A DNA stretch of 64,000 nt from Acidimicrobiia bacterium (GTDB lineage: Bacteria > Actinomycetota > Acidimicrobiia > Spongiisociales > ZC4RG35). The stretch covers positions 928,001-992,000 of the forward strand of contig OZ244034.1 in the NCBI GenBank assembly GCA_965215185.1, in the 5' to 3' direction. Shown here piece by piece: positions 33,199 through 43,282 of this stretch (position 1 is the first letter of the stretch; every line of letters begins with the position of its first letter). A program made the translations under genes and the position numbers. The notes beneath the pieces are model-generated. The model was not told the DNA's origin and ran no database searches. It saw nothing but the letters and a program-made list of their open reading frames with translations.

Positions 33199-34815
33199 AT
33201 GAGCAGAGTCAAACGACAAAGCCGAAGGTGGATGGTGCTGGTAGCGGTGCTTGCGCTGATGCTGGCCGCGTGTGGGGGCGATGACGCCACCCCGACCACC
33301 GCCGCCCCGGCTACAACCGCCGCGCCGGCCACCACTGAGGCGCCGGCCACCACCGCCGCCCCAACCACGACCGCTGCCGAGGAGGCGCCGGAACCGGCAG
33401 GTGCCGCAATTGTGATCGGGTTGGGTACCGAGCCCGCATCACTCGACCCTCAAGCCGTTGACCAGTTCGCCATGTTCACCATCAATGACAACGTTTTCGA
33501 CAAGCTGGTGACGCGTAATGCCGCCGGCGACTTGGTGCCTGGTGTGGCCACTGACCTCGGCACCCCTGTGGACGACACGACCTGGCAATACACCGTGCAA
33601 GAAGGCGTCAGCTTCCACAACGGCGAGCCTCTCAATGCCGACGCGGTTGTACACAGCATCCTTCGGATAATCGATCCGGACTATCCGACACCGCTCAAGG
33701 ACAACCTTGGTACGGTGGTGGGTGCGGAGAAGGTAGATGAGTACACGGTGAACATTCTCACCAGCGGCCCTGATCCGCTGATCCCGACCAGGCTGACCTT
33801 GCTGTACCTGGTTCCGCCGCAAGCGTCTCAACGCGCGGACTTTGGCGAGAATCCGGTGGGTTCAGGTCCGTACAGGTTCGTTTCCTGGGACCGCGGCATT
33901 GCCGTCGAATTGGATGCGAATCCCGACTACCGGGGTGGTGTTTCGTCCGTTACGAGTGCGCGGTACACCTTCATTGAGGAATACGGGACGCGTCTAGCCG
34001 GCCTCTTAAACGATGAGATCGATCTCATGGTCGACTTGCTTCCTGAAGACGCTGGCAGGGTGGATCAATCCTGGAGGACTCCCACCGGGCTAAAGCAGTT
34101 CATCGTGTCACTAAACGCCCGCGCCGGCAGTCCCGTCGAGGACGTGCGCGTCCGGCAGGCTCTCAACTATGCGGTGGACAAGGAGGCAATCGCCGAGGGG
34201 CTGTTCTCGGGGATCGCCGAAGTCCTGCAAGGTCAGATGCTGAATCCCAACTGGTTCGGATTCAATCCCGACCTCGATCCGTATCCCTACGACCCCGACC
34301 GCGCCCGTGCGTTGCTTGAGGAAGCCGGCGCCACAGGGCTGGAAATCCAACTCGTCTCCCTAGTGGGCAATTCGCTGCTCGACCGCGAGACCACGGAAGC
34401 GGTTGCCGCATTCTGGGCTGAGGTGGGTGTGAATGCCGAGATATTCATACCCGAGTTCTCGGAGTACATTGACCGACTCATCGATCGCGAGAATCGTCCC
34501 GACGCCATCTTCGTGCCGCATGACAATATCCTGTTCGACGGTGACCGGACTCTGTCCGCCTACTACCACTCTCAGGGTTGCTGCGGTTCCATGGACCCGT
34601 CAGAAGCTGATGATTGGATTGTCGGAGCAAGAACGGAAATCGACCAGGCCGAACGGCTGCAGCTGTACCAAGCCGTCGGTCAGGCGGGACACGACGGGGT
34701 ATGGTACGTCTGGCTCGTCAGCATTCCCAATGTCGTCGCCGGGACAGACCGGATCGAGTGGTCTGCCCGCGCTGACGGTTTGATCCATCTGGTTGACATA
34801 GGAGTGTCTTCGTAG
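33199..34815 (+). CDS. ABC substrate-binding lipoprotein, family 5 (peptide/nickel)
   Basis: LAAC lipobox, Thr/Ala-rich linker, FHNGEP, GSGPY, VRQALNYAVD. Confidence 0.93.
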   Translation: MSRVKRQSRRWMVLVAVLALMLAACGGDDATPTTAAPATTAAPATTEAPATTAAPTTTAAEEAPEPAGAAIVIGLGTEPASLDPQAVDQFAMFTINDNVFDKLVTRNAAGDLVPGVATDLGTPVDDTTWQYTVQEGVSFHNGEPLNADAVVHSILRIIDPDYPTPLKDNLGTVVGAEKVDEYTVNILTSGPDPLIPTRLTLLYLVPPQASQRADFGENPVGSGPYRFVSWDRGIAVELDANPDYRGGVSSVTSARYTFIEEYGTRLAGLLNDEIDLMVDLLPEDAGRVDQSWRTPTGLKQFIVSLNARAGSPVEDVRVRQALNYAVDKEAIAEGLFSGIAEVLQGQMLNPNWFGFNPDLDPYPYDPDRARALLEEAGATGLEIQLVSLVGNSLLDRETTEAVAAFWAEVGVNAEIFIPEFSEYIDRLIDRENRPDAIFVPHDNILFDGDRTLSAYYHSQGCCGSMDPSEADDWIVGARTEIDQAERLQLYQAVGQAGHDGVWYVWLVSIPNVVAGTDRIEWSARADGLIHLVDIGVSS

Positions 34816-34827
34816 GACCACGACCCA

Positions 34828-34875
34828 TTCAACACCGGGCGTACCATCGGATCGGGTGGCGCGCCCGGTGTTGAA
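34828..34875 (+). terminator. Intercistronic stem-loop after the binding-protein gene (terminator or mRNA stabiliser)
   Basis: Perfect 14-bp stem TTCAACACCGGGCG/CGCCCGGTGTTGAA. Confidence 0.65.
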
Positions 34876-34896
34876 GCAAACTAGACGGGAGAAGCA

Positions 34897-35817
34897 ATGG
34901 GCCGGTACTTGCTAAAGCGCCTGTCCCAAGCGGTGCTCGTCGTGGTTTCGGTGATGGTGGTCGTGTTTGTGGTGACACGCCTCATCGGGGATCCGGTGGC
35001 GGTGATGCTGCCGCTGGAGGCCACGGAGGAGAATCGCTCAATTCTCGAAGCACAACTCGGTTTGGATAGACCGATCCTGGTTCAACTGGGCCATTACATG
35101 GTGGATGCCGTCCAGCTTGACCTCGGCGACTCCCTCTGGCAACGCCGCCCGGCGATCGACATCGTAATGGAACGGCTGCTCCCCACCATCGTTTTGGTTG
35201 CAGCCGGCTTTGGTCTGGGGGTTCTTTTTGGTGTTCTAATCGGAGTCGTGTCCGGGATGCGGCCCTGGGGATGGGTGGATCGAGCTGCCGTTACTCTCGG
35301 CTTGCTCGGAGTCTCGCTCCCACAGTTCTGGATCGGGTTGGTCTTTATCGTCTTCTTCAGTGTGGGGCTCGGTTGGTTCCCAACGTCCGGTTCGGGTGGA
35401 ATCGAGTACCTGGTGCTTCCGGCGGTCGTGCTCGCCTTACCGATCGTGGGACGCATCGCCTTGGTCACGAGATCTTCGATGATCGATGAATTGAACGCTC
35501 AGCACGTCAAGGACGCGGTTGCCCGAGGAGTATCTCGGGCCCGCATCGTGATGGCTCATGCTTTCAAGGGCGCCGGTATCGCCACCATCACCATCGCCGG
35601 CTGGGAGTTGATTGGCGCGCTGGCCGGGGGAGCGGTGGTGGTGGAGACGGTATACGCTTGGCCGGGGATCGGTTTTACCGCAATGCAGGCAATCGAGCGC
35701 CATGACATCATCCTCCTGCAAGCGGTGGTTTTCGTCATCGCGATCATGGTGGTCACGATCAACATCATCGTTGACGTCACCTATACGTTGCTCGATCCGC
35801 GAGTGAAGTTCGATTGA
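34897..35817 (+). CDS. Peptide/nickel ABC permease (DppB-like)
   Basis: GDP, LGLDRP, VVETVYAWPGIG, LDPRV. Confidence 0.92.
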   Translation: MGRYLLKRLSQAVLVVVSVMVVVFVVTRLIGDPVAVMLPLEATEENRSILEAQLGLDRPILVQLGHYMVDAVQLDLGDSLWQRRPAIDIVMERLLPTIVLVAAGFGLGVLFGVLIGVVSGMRPWGWVDRAAVTLGLLGVSLPQFWIGLVFIVFFSVGLGWFPTSGSGGIEYLVLPAVVLALPIVGRIALVTRSSMIDELNAQHVKDAVARGVSRARIVMAHAFKGAGIATITIAGWELIGALAGGAVVVETVYAWPGIGFTAMQAIERHDIILLQAVVFVIAIMVVTINIIVDVTYTLLDPRVKFD

Positions 35818-36761
35818 GCACCCTGAGTTCCGTCCCTCCCCCTGGTAGCGGTGCCGACCGCCCCCGATTGGCCGGTTGGCTCATAGGGATTCTCCGGGAT
35901 CCCACCGCCCTGTTCGGCATCCTCGTTCTGGCGCTGTTGGTCGCAGCCGCTCTCTTCGCTCCGATGATTGCCCCGTTGGACCCCAATAAACAGGATCTGG
36001 GCGCCCGGTTGCTTCCGCCCTTCTACGCGGAGGGCGGCTCTCTCGAACACGTCCTCGGCACGGATCAACTTGGCCGGGACGTGTTCTCCCGCCTCATCCA
36101 CGGCGCCAGGATATCCCTCACCATCCCCTTGGTAGCCGTGACCCTGGCGGGCGTCGTCGGGATTGCGGTCGGCCTGCTGGCCGGTTACCGGGGCGGACGG
36201 ACAGACTCGGTCATCATGCGCATTGTCGACACGCTGTTCTCTTTTCCCGGCCTCCTTTTGGCCCTGACCATTCTGGCGGTGGTGGGGCCAAGTTTCTGGA
36301 CTCTTGCCATCGTGCTGTCACTGCGGATCTGGATGGTATTCGCCCGAATGACCCGGGGACTCGTCCTGTCGGCGCGAGAGGCCGAATACGTGGAGGCGGC
36401 AGAGCTGATCGGCGCCTCACCGGTTCGCATAATGATCCGCCATATCGCTCCCAACCTCACGGCGCCGCTGCTGACCTTGGCAGTACTCGAGTCGGCCCAT
36501 GTGATTCTCTCCGAGGCCGCCCTCTCTTTCCTCGGGCTGGGAATCCAGCCACCACAGACTTCGTGGGGTCTGGAGGTGGCGATCGGTCGACAGTATGTCT
36601 TTTCCGCCCCCTGGTTGATAATCTTTCCCGGAGTCGCCATCGCGGTGGCGGTGTTGAGTATCAATCTTCTGGCCAGTTGGCTCAGGGTGGCGACCGATCC
36701 CACCGAAAGCGCCAAGCGGTTCGCAGCGGCGGCCGACGCCCCGGTTGGCTGGTCGGGATGA
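35814..36761 (+). CDS. Peptide/nickel ABC permease (DppC-like)
   Basis: LGTDQLGRD, EYVEAA, LSFLGLG. Confidence 0.92.
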   Translation: MSTLSSVPPPGSGADRPRLAGWLIGILRDPTALFGILVLALLVAAALFAPMIAPLDPNKQDLGARLLPPFYAEGGSLEHVLGTDQLGRDVFSRLIHGARISLTIPLVAVTLAGVVGIAVGLLAGYRGGRTDSVIMRIVDTLFSFPGLLLALTILAVVGPSFWTLAIVLSLRIWMVFARMTRGLVLSAREAEYVEAAELIGASPVRIMIRHIAPNLTAPLLTLAVLESAHVILSEAALSFLGLGIQPPQTSWGLEVAIGRQYVFSAPWLIIFPGVAIAVAVLSINLLASWLRVATDPTESAKRFAAAADAPVGWSG

Positions 36762-37768
36762 GCCGCCACCATCTCCTTGAGATTCGCAATCTCGAGGTGG
36801 TGTTCCCGGCTCGGGGAGGAACGGTCCAGGCTGTCCGAGAGGTCTCCTTCGCGGTAGATGCCGGCGAATCGTTGGGGATCGTCGGCGAGTCGGGGTCCGG
36901 CAAGAGCACCATTGCTCGGGCGGCCCTCGGGCTGATTGAGTTGCCGGGCAGGATTGTCGGCGGCGAGGTACTGTGGAAGGGTCAATCACTGCGGGACAAG
37001 AGGATCGCTCGGCGGATTCGCGGCCGGGAGATCAGTATGGTGTCCCAAGATCCTATGGCGTCGATGAACCCGATCCTCACGATTGGTACGCAGATGGCCG
37101 AGGTCATGACGCGACATCTCCATCTCGGCAGGAGGGAAGCCCTAACGAGAGCAGGGGACTTGTTGGAGAAGGTTGGGATTCCTGACCCCGGGCGCCGCCT
37201 CGGTCAATATCCGTTCGAGTTATCCGGCGGCATGCAGCAGCGAGTGGTCATTGCCACAGCGCTGTCATGTGGTCCCCTGATGCTGGTCGCTGACGAGCCG
37301 ACCACGGCTCTCGATGTGACCACCCAGGCGGAGATCCTCGCACTGATCTCCTCTCTCCAGAGAGACCTGAACCTGGCGTTGCTGCTGATCACCCACGACC
37401 TGGGGGTAGTGGCCGGGGCTTGTGACTTTCTCAAAGTACTGTACGCCGGCAAGATCGTCGAGTCGGGGACGGCCGATGAGTTGTTTCATAGCCCCCATCA
37501 TCCGTACACCGCTGCTCTCCTGGGCGCAACCCCTCGCCTCGATGTCAAGGCCGAACGTCTCATGGTAATTGACGGCCAGCCTCCAGATCTTCGCCATGTC
37601 AGCGCCGGTTGCAGCTTCGCTCCTCGCTGTCCCCACTCAACGACCCATTGTGAGACCGTGCCTCCGGTTCTGGAGCCGTCTTCGGAGGGCCGGGGGTTCG
37701 CCTGCTGGCATCCTTTGAATTATCGAAGAGATCTGACACCCGACCGCAGGAAGATCGGGCATGGCTAG
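36758..37768 (+). CDS. Peptide ABC ATPase (DppD-like)
   Basis: GESGSGKS, LSGGMQQR, ADEPTTALD, C-terminal CxFxxRC. Confidence 0.93.
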   Translation: MSRHHLLEIRNLEVVFPARGGTVQAVREVSFAVDAGESLGIVGESGSGKSTIARAALGLIELPGRIVGGEVLWKGQSLRDKRIARRIRGREISMVSQDPMASMNPILTIGTQMAEVMTRHLHLGRREALTRAGDLLEKVGIPDPGRRLGQYPFELSGGMQQRVVIATALSCGPLMLVADEPTTALDVTTQAEILALISSLQRDLNLALLLITHDLGVVAGACDFLKVLYAGKIVESGTADELFHSPHHPYTAALLGATPRLDVKAERLMVIDGQPPDLRHVSAGCSFAPRCPHSTTHCETVPPVLEPSSEGRGFACWHPLNYRRDLTPDRRKIGHG

Positions 37769-38738
37769 CCCACTGCTCGAAGTTCATGGCCTCACGGTCA
37801 CATACGACGTCGGTCGCCAGGGATTCTGGGGTCAACGCCGCACACATCTCAAGGCAGTTGACGACATCAGTTTCTCCATCCAGCGCGGTGAGACCTTCGG
37901 GCTCGTGGGGGAGTCGGGTTCGGGCAAGACCACTACCGGGCGCGCCATTCTCGGGAAAGTGCCCGTTATTTCCGGCCGCATCAGCTTCGCTGGGCGCGAC
38001 ATTACAGGTTTGCAGGGGCGGGAACTGCGATCCATTCGCCAGAACATGCAACTGATCCCTCAGAACCCGTACGGCAGCCTGAATCCCCGCATGAAAGTCC
38101 GAGAACTCATCGCCGAACCGCTGGTGGTGCACCGCCGGGTCAAGAGTGCCAAGCGAGCCACCGAACGAGTGGTTGAACTGCTGGAGTTGACAGGGATGAA
38201 CCCAGACGACATGCACAAATACCCGCATGCGTTCAGTGGCGGACAACGTCAAAGAGTCGCCATCGCCCGGGCCCTGGCTCTCAATCCCGATCTGATAATC
38301 GCCGATGAGCCGGTGTCGGCGTTGGACGTATCTATTCAGGCTCAGGTCGTCAACTTGCTGCACGATCTTCAAAAGCGCCTGAATCTGACCTACATCTTGA
38401 TCTCGCACGACCTGGCCGTTGTCCGTCACATCTCCCACCGCATCGGAATAATGTACGCGGGCAAGCTTGTCGAAGTGGCGAACGGTGAGAGGATCTATCG
38501 GACCCCGATCCATCCCTATACCGAAGCTCTTCTTTCTTCTGTTCCCATCCCGGATCCGAGGATCGAGCGGGGTCGGGCGGTGACAGTGATCCCGGGAGAG
38601 CCACCGGACCCGATACACCCCCCCACAGGTTGCCGTTTCCACCCGCGATGTCCTCTGGCCGAGGCGCGCTGCCGTGATGCGGCGCCTCCCCTGGAAGTCA
38701 AGACCCTTGAACACGAGGCGGCGTGTTGGTTGCGATAG
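37761..38738 (+). CDS. Peptide ABC ATPase (DppF-like)
   Basis: GESGSGKT, FSGGQRQR, DEPVSALD. Confidence 0.93.
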   Translation: MASPLLEVHGLTVTYDVGRQGFWGQRRTHLKAVDDISFSIQRGETFGLVGESGSGKTTTGRAILGKVPVISGRISFAGRDITGLQGRELRSIRQNMQLIPQNPYGSLNPRMKVRELIAEPLVVHRRVKSAKRATERVVELLELTGMNPDDMHKYPHAFSGGQRQRVAIARALALNPDLIIADEPVSALDVSIQAQVVNLLHDLQKRLNLTYILISHDLAVVRHISHRIGIMYAGKLVEVANGERIYRTPIHPYTEALLSSVPIPDPRIERGRAVTVIPGEPPDPIHPPTGCRFHPRCPLAEARCRDAAPPLEVKTLEHEAACWLR

Positions 38739-38805
38739 CCGCTGGGGTGCTTGGCGGCGGGCGTAGGGTCAATCGCAGTAGCGTTCAGCGCAACTCGGTT
38801 TTGCG

Positions 38806-40035
38806 ATGAGGCGGTTGGGCCCCTCCTACAACCGGCTCCTCTCCGCCTACACGATCTCCAATGTTGGCAACGGGGTTCTGATCGGGGCTCTCCCGTTGCT
38901 GGCGGCGAAAAGCACCCGGAACCCGCTGGCGATAAGTGGGCTCATGGTGGCCGCAGGGATTCCCTGGCTGCTGATCGGACCCCTCTCAGGAGCCATCGTG
39001 GATCGGTTTGAACGGCGGACAGTGATGGTTATGGCTGAAGCGGGCCGCGCGGCAGTCATGGGGGCCGCCACTGTATATGTGCTGATGGGCGGCAATTCGA
39101 TCGTCGCTTTCTATGCGCTGCTAGTTGTCATCGGGATAGGTGAGACCTTCTTCGATCCTGCCGGTCTTGCGTTGGTGCCTGGTCTGGTGGCGCCCGCCCA
39201 GCTGGACGCCGCCAACAGCCGGCTGTTTGGCGCCCAGACCTTGGCTCAACGGTTCGTTGGGCCGCCGCTCGCCGGGTGGCTCTTTGCTTTCACAGCTTGG
39301 GTGCCCCTTGGAATAGACGCAGTGAGCTTCTTGGTGACTGCACTGGTCATGCTGGGGCTTCCCAGAGGTTCGCCACCGACAGGGTGGGAACGTCCCTTCG
39401 CCGGGTTGCTGACTGAGACAGTCGAAGGTTTCCGGTGGGTGTGGCGGGATTCTGTGTTGCGCGCATTCGTCGTCGGTAGCGGGGCCCTTCACTTCGCAAC
39501 TGCGGCCGGCTTGTCGGTCTTCGTGTTGATTGCCCAGGACCGCTACAAACTGGCGGGTTTGGGCTTCGGGCTCATGCTTAGCGCGTATGCTCTCGGATAC
39601 TTCCTCGGATACCTCATCGCACCCTCTGTCGCCGCCAAGTATGCACGAGCGAGAATCTGCGTTGTTGCATTGCTTGGCGCAGCTATCGGATTGTCACTGG
39701 TGGCGCTGACGACACTTCCCCCGATCGGTGGGCTGGGATTGGCTCTGACCGGGTTTTCATCAGCTCAGGTGGATGTTGTGTCCATCTCCTATCGGCAGGC
39801 GGCGGTGCCTAACCGAATTCTTGGACGTGTGCTGGCGTGCTTTCTGTTCGTTGTCCATGGAGCGGTACCAGTCGGCGCCGTTGTGGGAGGATTGGTGGCT
39901 TCATGGGTCGGGATCAGATACACCTATCTGGCTTCCGCTCTCTCGGCGGCGGCCGTTGCTCCCGTCCTGTGGTTTGCCCTGAAAGGCGCGGAACTCGATC
40001 CTGGCAAAATCCGTCAGGAACCCCTGGACCCCTAG
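38806..40035 (+). CDS. MFS transporter
   Basis: About 12 hydrophobic segments; GAIVDRFERR motif A. Confidence 0.9.
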   Translation: MRRLGPSYNRLLSAYTISNVGNGVLIGALPLLAAKSTRNPLAISGLMVAAGIPWLLIGPLSGAIVDRFERRTVMVMAEAGRAAVMGAATVYVLMGGNSIVAFYALLVVIGIGETFFDPAGLALVPGLVAPAQLDAANSRLFGAQTLAQRFVGPPLAGWLFAFTAWVPLGIDAVSFLVTALVMLGLPRGSPPTGWERPFAGLLTETVEGFRWVWRDSVLRAFVVGSGALHFATAAGLSVFVLIAQDRYKLAGLGFGLMLSAYALGYFLGYLIAPSVAAKYARARICVVALLGAAIGLSLVALTTLPPIGGLGLALTGFSSAQVDVVSISYRQAAVPNRILGRVLACFLFVVHGAVPVGAVVGGLVASWVGIRYTYLASALSAAAVAPVLWFALKGAELDPGKIRQEPLDP

Positions 40036-40256
40036 CCTGGTCGATTCAGAGGCTAAAGAGGCGGGACCCCAGTTCCCGGCCCATGTCCATCCCTTTCATA
40101 TCTTGTATCTCCTCGTCTTTGTTTGGGATTGCCCAAGGTTGTAACCGAATGGGAACCTTTGGGCGGTGTAGCCGGCGCCCTTTTCCAGCCTTAAGGGGCG
40201 CTGTAGCGGCGGAGACCTTCGGAAAGGGACTCTGGGGTATCAACCGAGAACCACGA

Positions 40257-40273
40257 GCGGCCGTCACCTCCAC
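40257..40273 (+). repeat. 17-bp direct repeat copy 1 (putative att, tmRNA/tRNA 3'-end-like)
   Basis: GCGGCCGTCACCTCCAC vs GCGGACGTCACCTCCAC at 57550-57566. Confidence 0.55.
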
Positions 40274-40520
40274 CGGATTTGAGATGTTTCCCCAGGTCAG
40301 AGGCTTGGTGTCTTGGGGTTATCACTGTAGGTATTTTTTCTTGCTTGGTTGGTCTGGTTGTAGCGGATGGTTTGTTCTGCGCTCGCGGAGAACGGCCAGC
40401 GGGTTGGGTTTGTAAGAAATTGCTAGATGGATTCTACTTTAGGAGTCTGGACCGGGGTGGATTTGCACGTTGGAGGTGCTTCCGAACGGGCGGCGGATTG
40501 GTGTGGGGGTTGTACCGGTG

Positions 40521-41681
40521 TCAGATTGCTAAGTAGTCACCCCACTGTTGCATGACGGGAATCCTGTCATTGAATAGGCTGGTCCGGAGGTATGCGTCGT
40601 CTACTCCGTGAGCCAGGGCGTAATCTGCCACTGCGAATCTCACCTTGTGGTCGGCGGCCCAGTCCATGAAGGATGATCGCATCCCATGTACAGTGGCGTC
40701 TATTCCGTTGTCCCGGAGCAGTTTGAGGAGGCTGCCGGAGTGCATGACCTTTTCTCTGGGCGAGGGGAACACCAGTCCTGTGAGGTTTCCTGTGAGTTCT
40801 TTTGTGAGTTGGGCGGTTTCCTTGAGGACCTGCTTGGCTTGCTTGCTGAGCGGCACCAGATGCGATTGGTCACCCTTGGTGTTGTGGTCCGGTATGGTCC
40901 AAACAGCCTTTAGTAGGTCGATTTGGTCCCATGTGGCTTTTCGGACCTCGCCGCTGCGGGCTGCTGTCAGGGTGAGGAACTTCAGGGCGTTGACAGCTCT
41001 CGGGTAGGCCCCGGAGGCTTCAACGATTCTGATAGCGTCCCCGACCTGGCCGTGGGGAAGGGCTTTGTGGTGTTTCGTACTGTGTTTGATCTTTGGTAGG
41101 TAACTGACGGTTTTAGGGGTCGGGTCGGAATCGATGAAGCCGTTTCCTATCGCCCATTTCATGACGGCGCTGATCCGGTTCACTAGGTCTTGAGCTGTTG
41201 GATGTTTGGACACCCATATGCTGGCAAAGACTTCGAATAGGTCTTGGTGGGTGATATTGTCGATCGGCTTGTTCCCAATGTGGGGAAACACATGGTTTTC
41301 GAAGCTGTTTTCCCAGTCCTGGCGACTTCGGCTTCCCTCCCGCCAGAAGGGGGAGCGATACTCGATGTAGTCGGCGACTACTTTCCGAAAGATGGGCGGT
41401 CCCGCGGCTGCTGGGTCGCGGTCTTCTTGGACGGCCTGTTGGTAGGCGAGTGCCTTTCGGCGGGCTTCGGCCAGTGTGACTTTGGCGTAGCTGCCCAGCC
41501 CGCGGTTGGTGTATTTGCCGTTGATACGGAGGCGGACGCTCCACGTTTTTGATAGCAGGCCCGGGGTTTTGGTTTCTTTGACTAGGAGGCTCAAACCGTT
41601 ACCGCCCGGACCGTCTGAGTATCGGCCGGGTGGTAGGACGGTTCTTATGGACGTGTCAGCTATTCTTTTCGGTCTTGCCAT
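40521..41681 (-). CDS. P4-type tyrosine integrase, apparently intact
   Basis: Arm domain GLGSY..VTLAEAR; catalytic R(SGE), K, HGMR, LAH, AY. Confidence 0.92.
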   Translation of the reverse strand: MARPKRIADTSIRTVLPPGRYSDGPGGNGLSLLVKETKTPGLLSKTWSVRLRINGKYTNRGLGSYAKVTLAEARRKALAYQQAVQEDRDPAAAGPPIFRKVVADYIEYRSPFWREGSRSRQDWENSFENHVFPHIGNKPIDNITHQDLFEVFASIWVSKHPTAQDLVNRISAVMKWAIGNGFIDSDPTPKTVSYLPKIKHSTKHHKALPHGQVGDAIRIVEASGAYPRAVNALKFLTLTAARSGEVRKATWDQIDLLKAVWTIPDHNTKGDQSHLVPLSKQAKQVLKETAQLTKELTGNLTGLVFPSPREKVMHSGSLLKLLRDNGIDATVHGMRSSFMDWAADHKVRFAVADYALAHGVDDAYLRTSLFNDRIPVMQQWGDYLAI

Positions 41682-42396
41682 GGTTCTTGGTGAGGTTGCG
41701 CTGATTTCTGGGAGTGGGGGTCGAGGTCCTTGGTTGAGGGTTGAGGATTGGCTGAGTGGAATGGGTGGGCTGTGTGCATCGCCTATCCGAGGATGCCTCA
41801 ATGAGTGCTGATGTTATGCGGGTTGCAGTTGCGGGGTGTTCGTGTGACCGGTATGGTGGTCGACACTTTCACGGGGTTGGTGGTGGGGTGGTGCTGTCAA
41901 GGAGCTGTCCAAGTGCCCGGGTTGTGGGTGTGGTGTTGGCGGGTTCATGCCCGGCGCCGGAGGGAGTTCCGCCACGTGGAGGTCGGCGGCCGTCTGACAG
42001 TGTTGTTGTACCCAGCGGCGGCTAGTGTGCAGACAACTGCGGGAAGCGACACTTGGAGACCCGTTTCCGGTTCGAGGGGAGTGTGACCCGTGGCTTGGCG
42101 CGCGGTCTGGTCAATGGTGCCCGGGGTGATGTCTATCCGGTGGTTTCCGCCTCAGGATTAGTTTGGCATGGGTTCTGGTTGACGACTGGTCCGGGGTGTC
42201 ACAGGGTGCGCACAGTAGTTGCCAATGGTTCCCGCCTATACCGTGCCGCTTTCCAGCTTTGCCCTTCCCGAGCGTGTATGTCCTTGACCGGTTACATGTC
42301 GCCAGCAGGTTTCGCCCACGGGCTCACCATGCGAATATGGTGTTCTTGCTTCTCTGGGCACGGTCCATGGATCGCTTTGTCTGGGTGTTTACATGG

Positions 42397-43185
42397 TTAG
42401 TTGGGTTTTGTGGTTCTGGTCAGGTACACAGCCCATGCTTCCATGACTAGACGTCTTGCTTCTAGCATGTGGAACCGGGCACGGGCGGCTCCGGCTCTTC
42501 TGGGGGTGTACGCCCATAAATGTGTGTCGGTTTGTTGTGCCCATGTCGGGACACTGATGGCATCGACACTTGTGGGGGTGTGTTCCAATACCAGGTCGGC
42601 GACGTGGGTGGGCACCCCGGTCTTGGCGCACCAGTCACGAAACGAGGATCGCATACCGTGAGGGGTGCAGCCCACATTGTTCTCTTTGCACAGTTTTGAG
42701 AGGGTGCCGTCGGAGAGGTGCCGTCCGCTGCGGGAGGGGAACACCGGTCCGTTACCGCCGGTTTGCTCTCGGGCTTGATCCAATATGGCGAGGGCTGCTT
42801 GGCTGAGCGGAACCTGGTGGGGTGTCCCGGACTTCATTCGATCGGCTGGGATGGTCCAGGTTGCGGTGGCGTAATCGATTTCTTCCCACCGAGCCCCCCG
42901 GGCCTCACCGGGTCTGGTGGCGGTCAGAGTCTGGAACTTGAAAAGGGCGATGGTCGCCCAATGAGCTTTTGTTGAAGCTATGACCCGGAGAACCTCGGGT
43001 ACCTGACTGTGGCCCACCGATGGGTAGTGCTTGACCTTGGCCGGTCCGAGGGCGACGGAGACCAGTGGGGTTGGGTCGCTGTCACGATAGTTCTTGGCGA
43101 CCGCCTGTCCGATGACTGCTCGGATGTAGTAGAACAGATGCCGGGCGGTTTCCGGTTTGGTGTGCCATATGGGCTCCAAACACGC
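42397..43185 (-). pseudogene. P4-type integrase, N-terminally truncated by IS110 ends
   Basis: TATRPGEA, MKS, HGMRSSFRDW; homology stops at ~43185. Confidence 0.85.
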
Positions 43186-43233
43186 CTGTGAGTATGTAGG
43201 GGGTGCTCTCGATTTGACAACCATAGGAGCATC
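43186..43233 (+). mobile_element. 48-bp IS110 relic: B-like left end joined to A-type right end
   Basis: CTGTGAGTATGTAGGGGGTGC resembles the B left end; CTCGATTTGACAACCATAGGAGCATC is identical to the A right end. Confidence 0.7.
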
Positions 43234-43282
43234 GGTACGGTTCATAATTCTACCAACGTAATTACAACAGTGTCAACAGGCC

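Noticed and set aside
42190-42340. Group II intron fragment (GTGCG start)
   Set aside because: No recognisable domain V/VI or RT ORF nearby.
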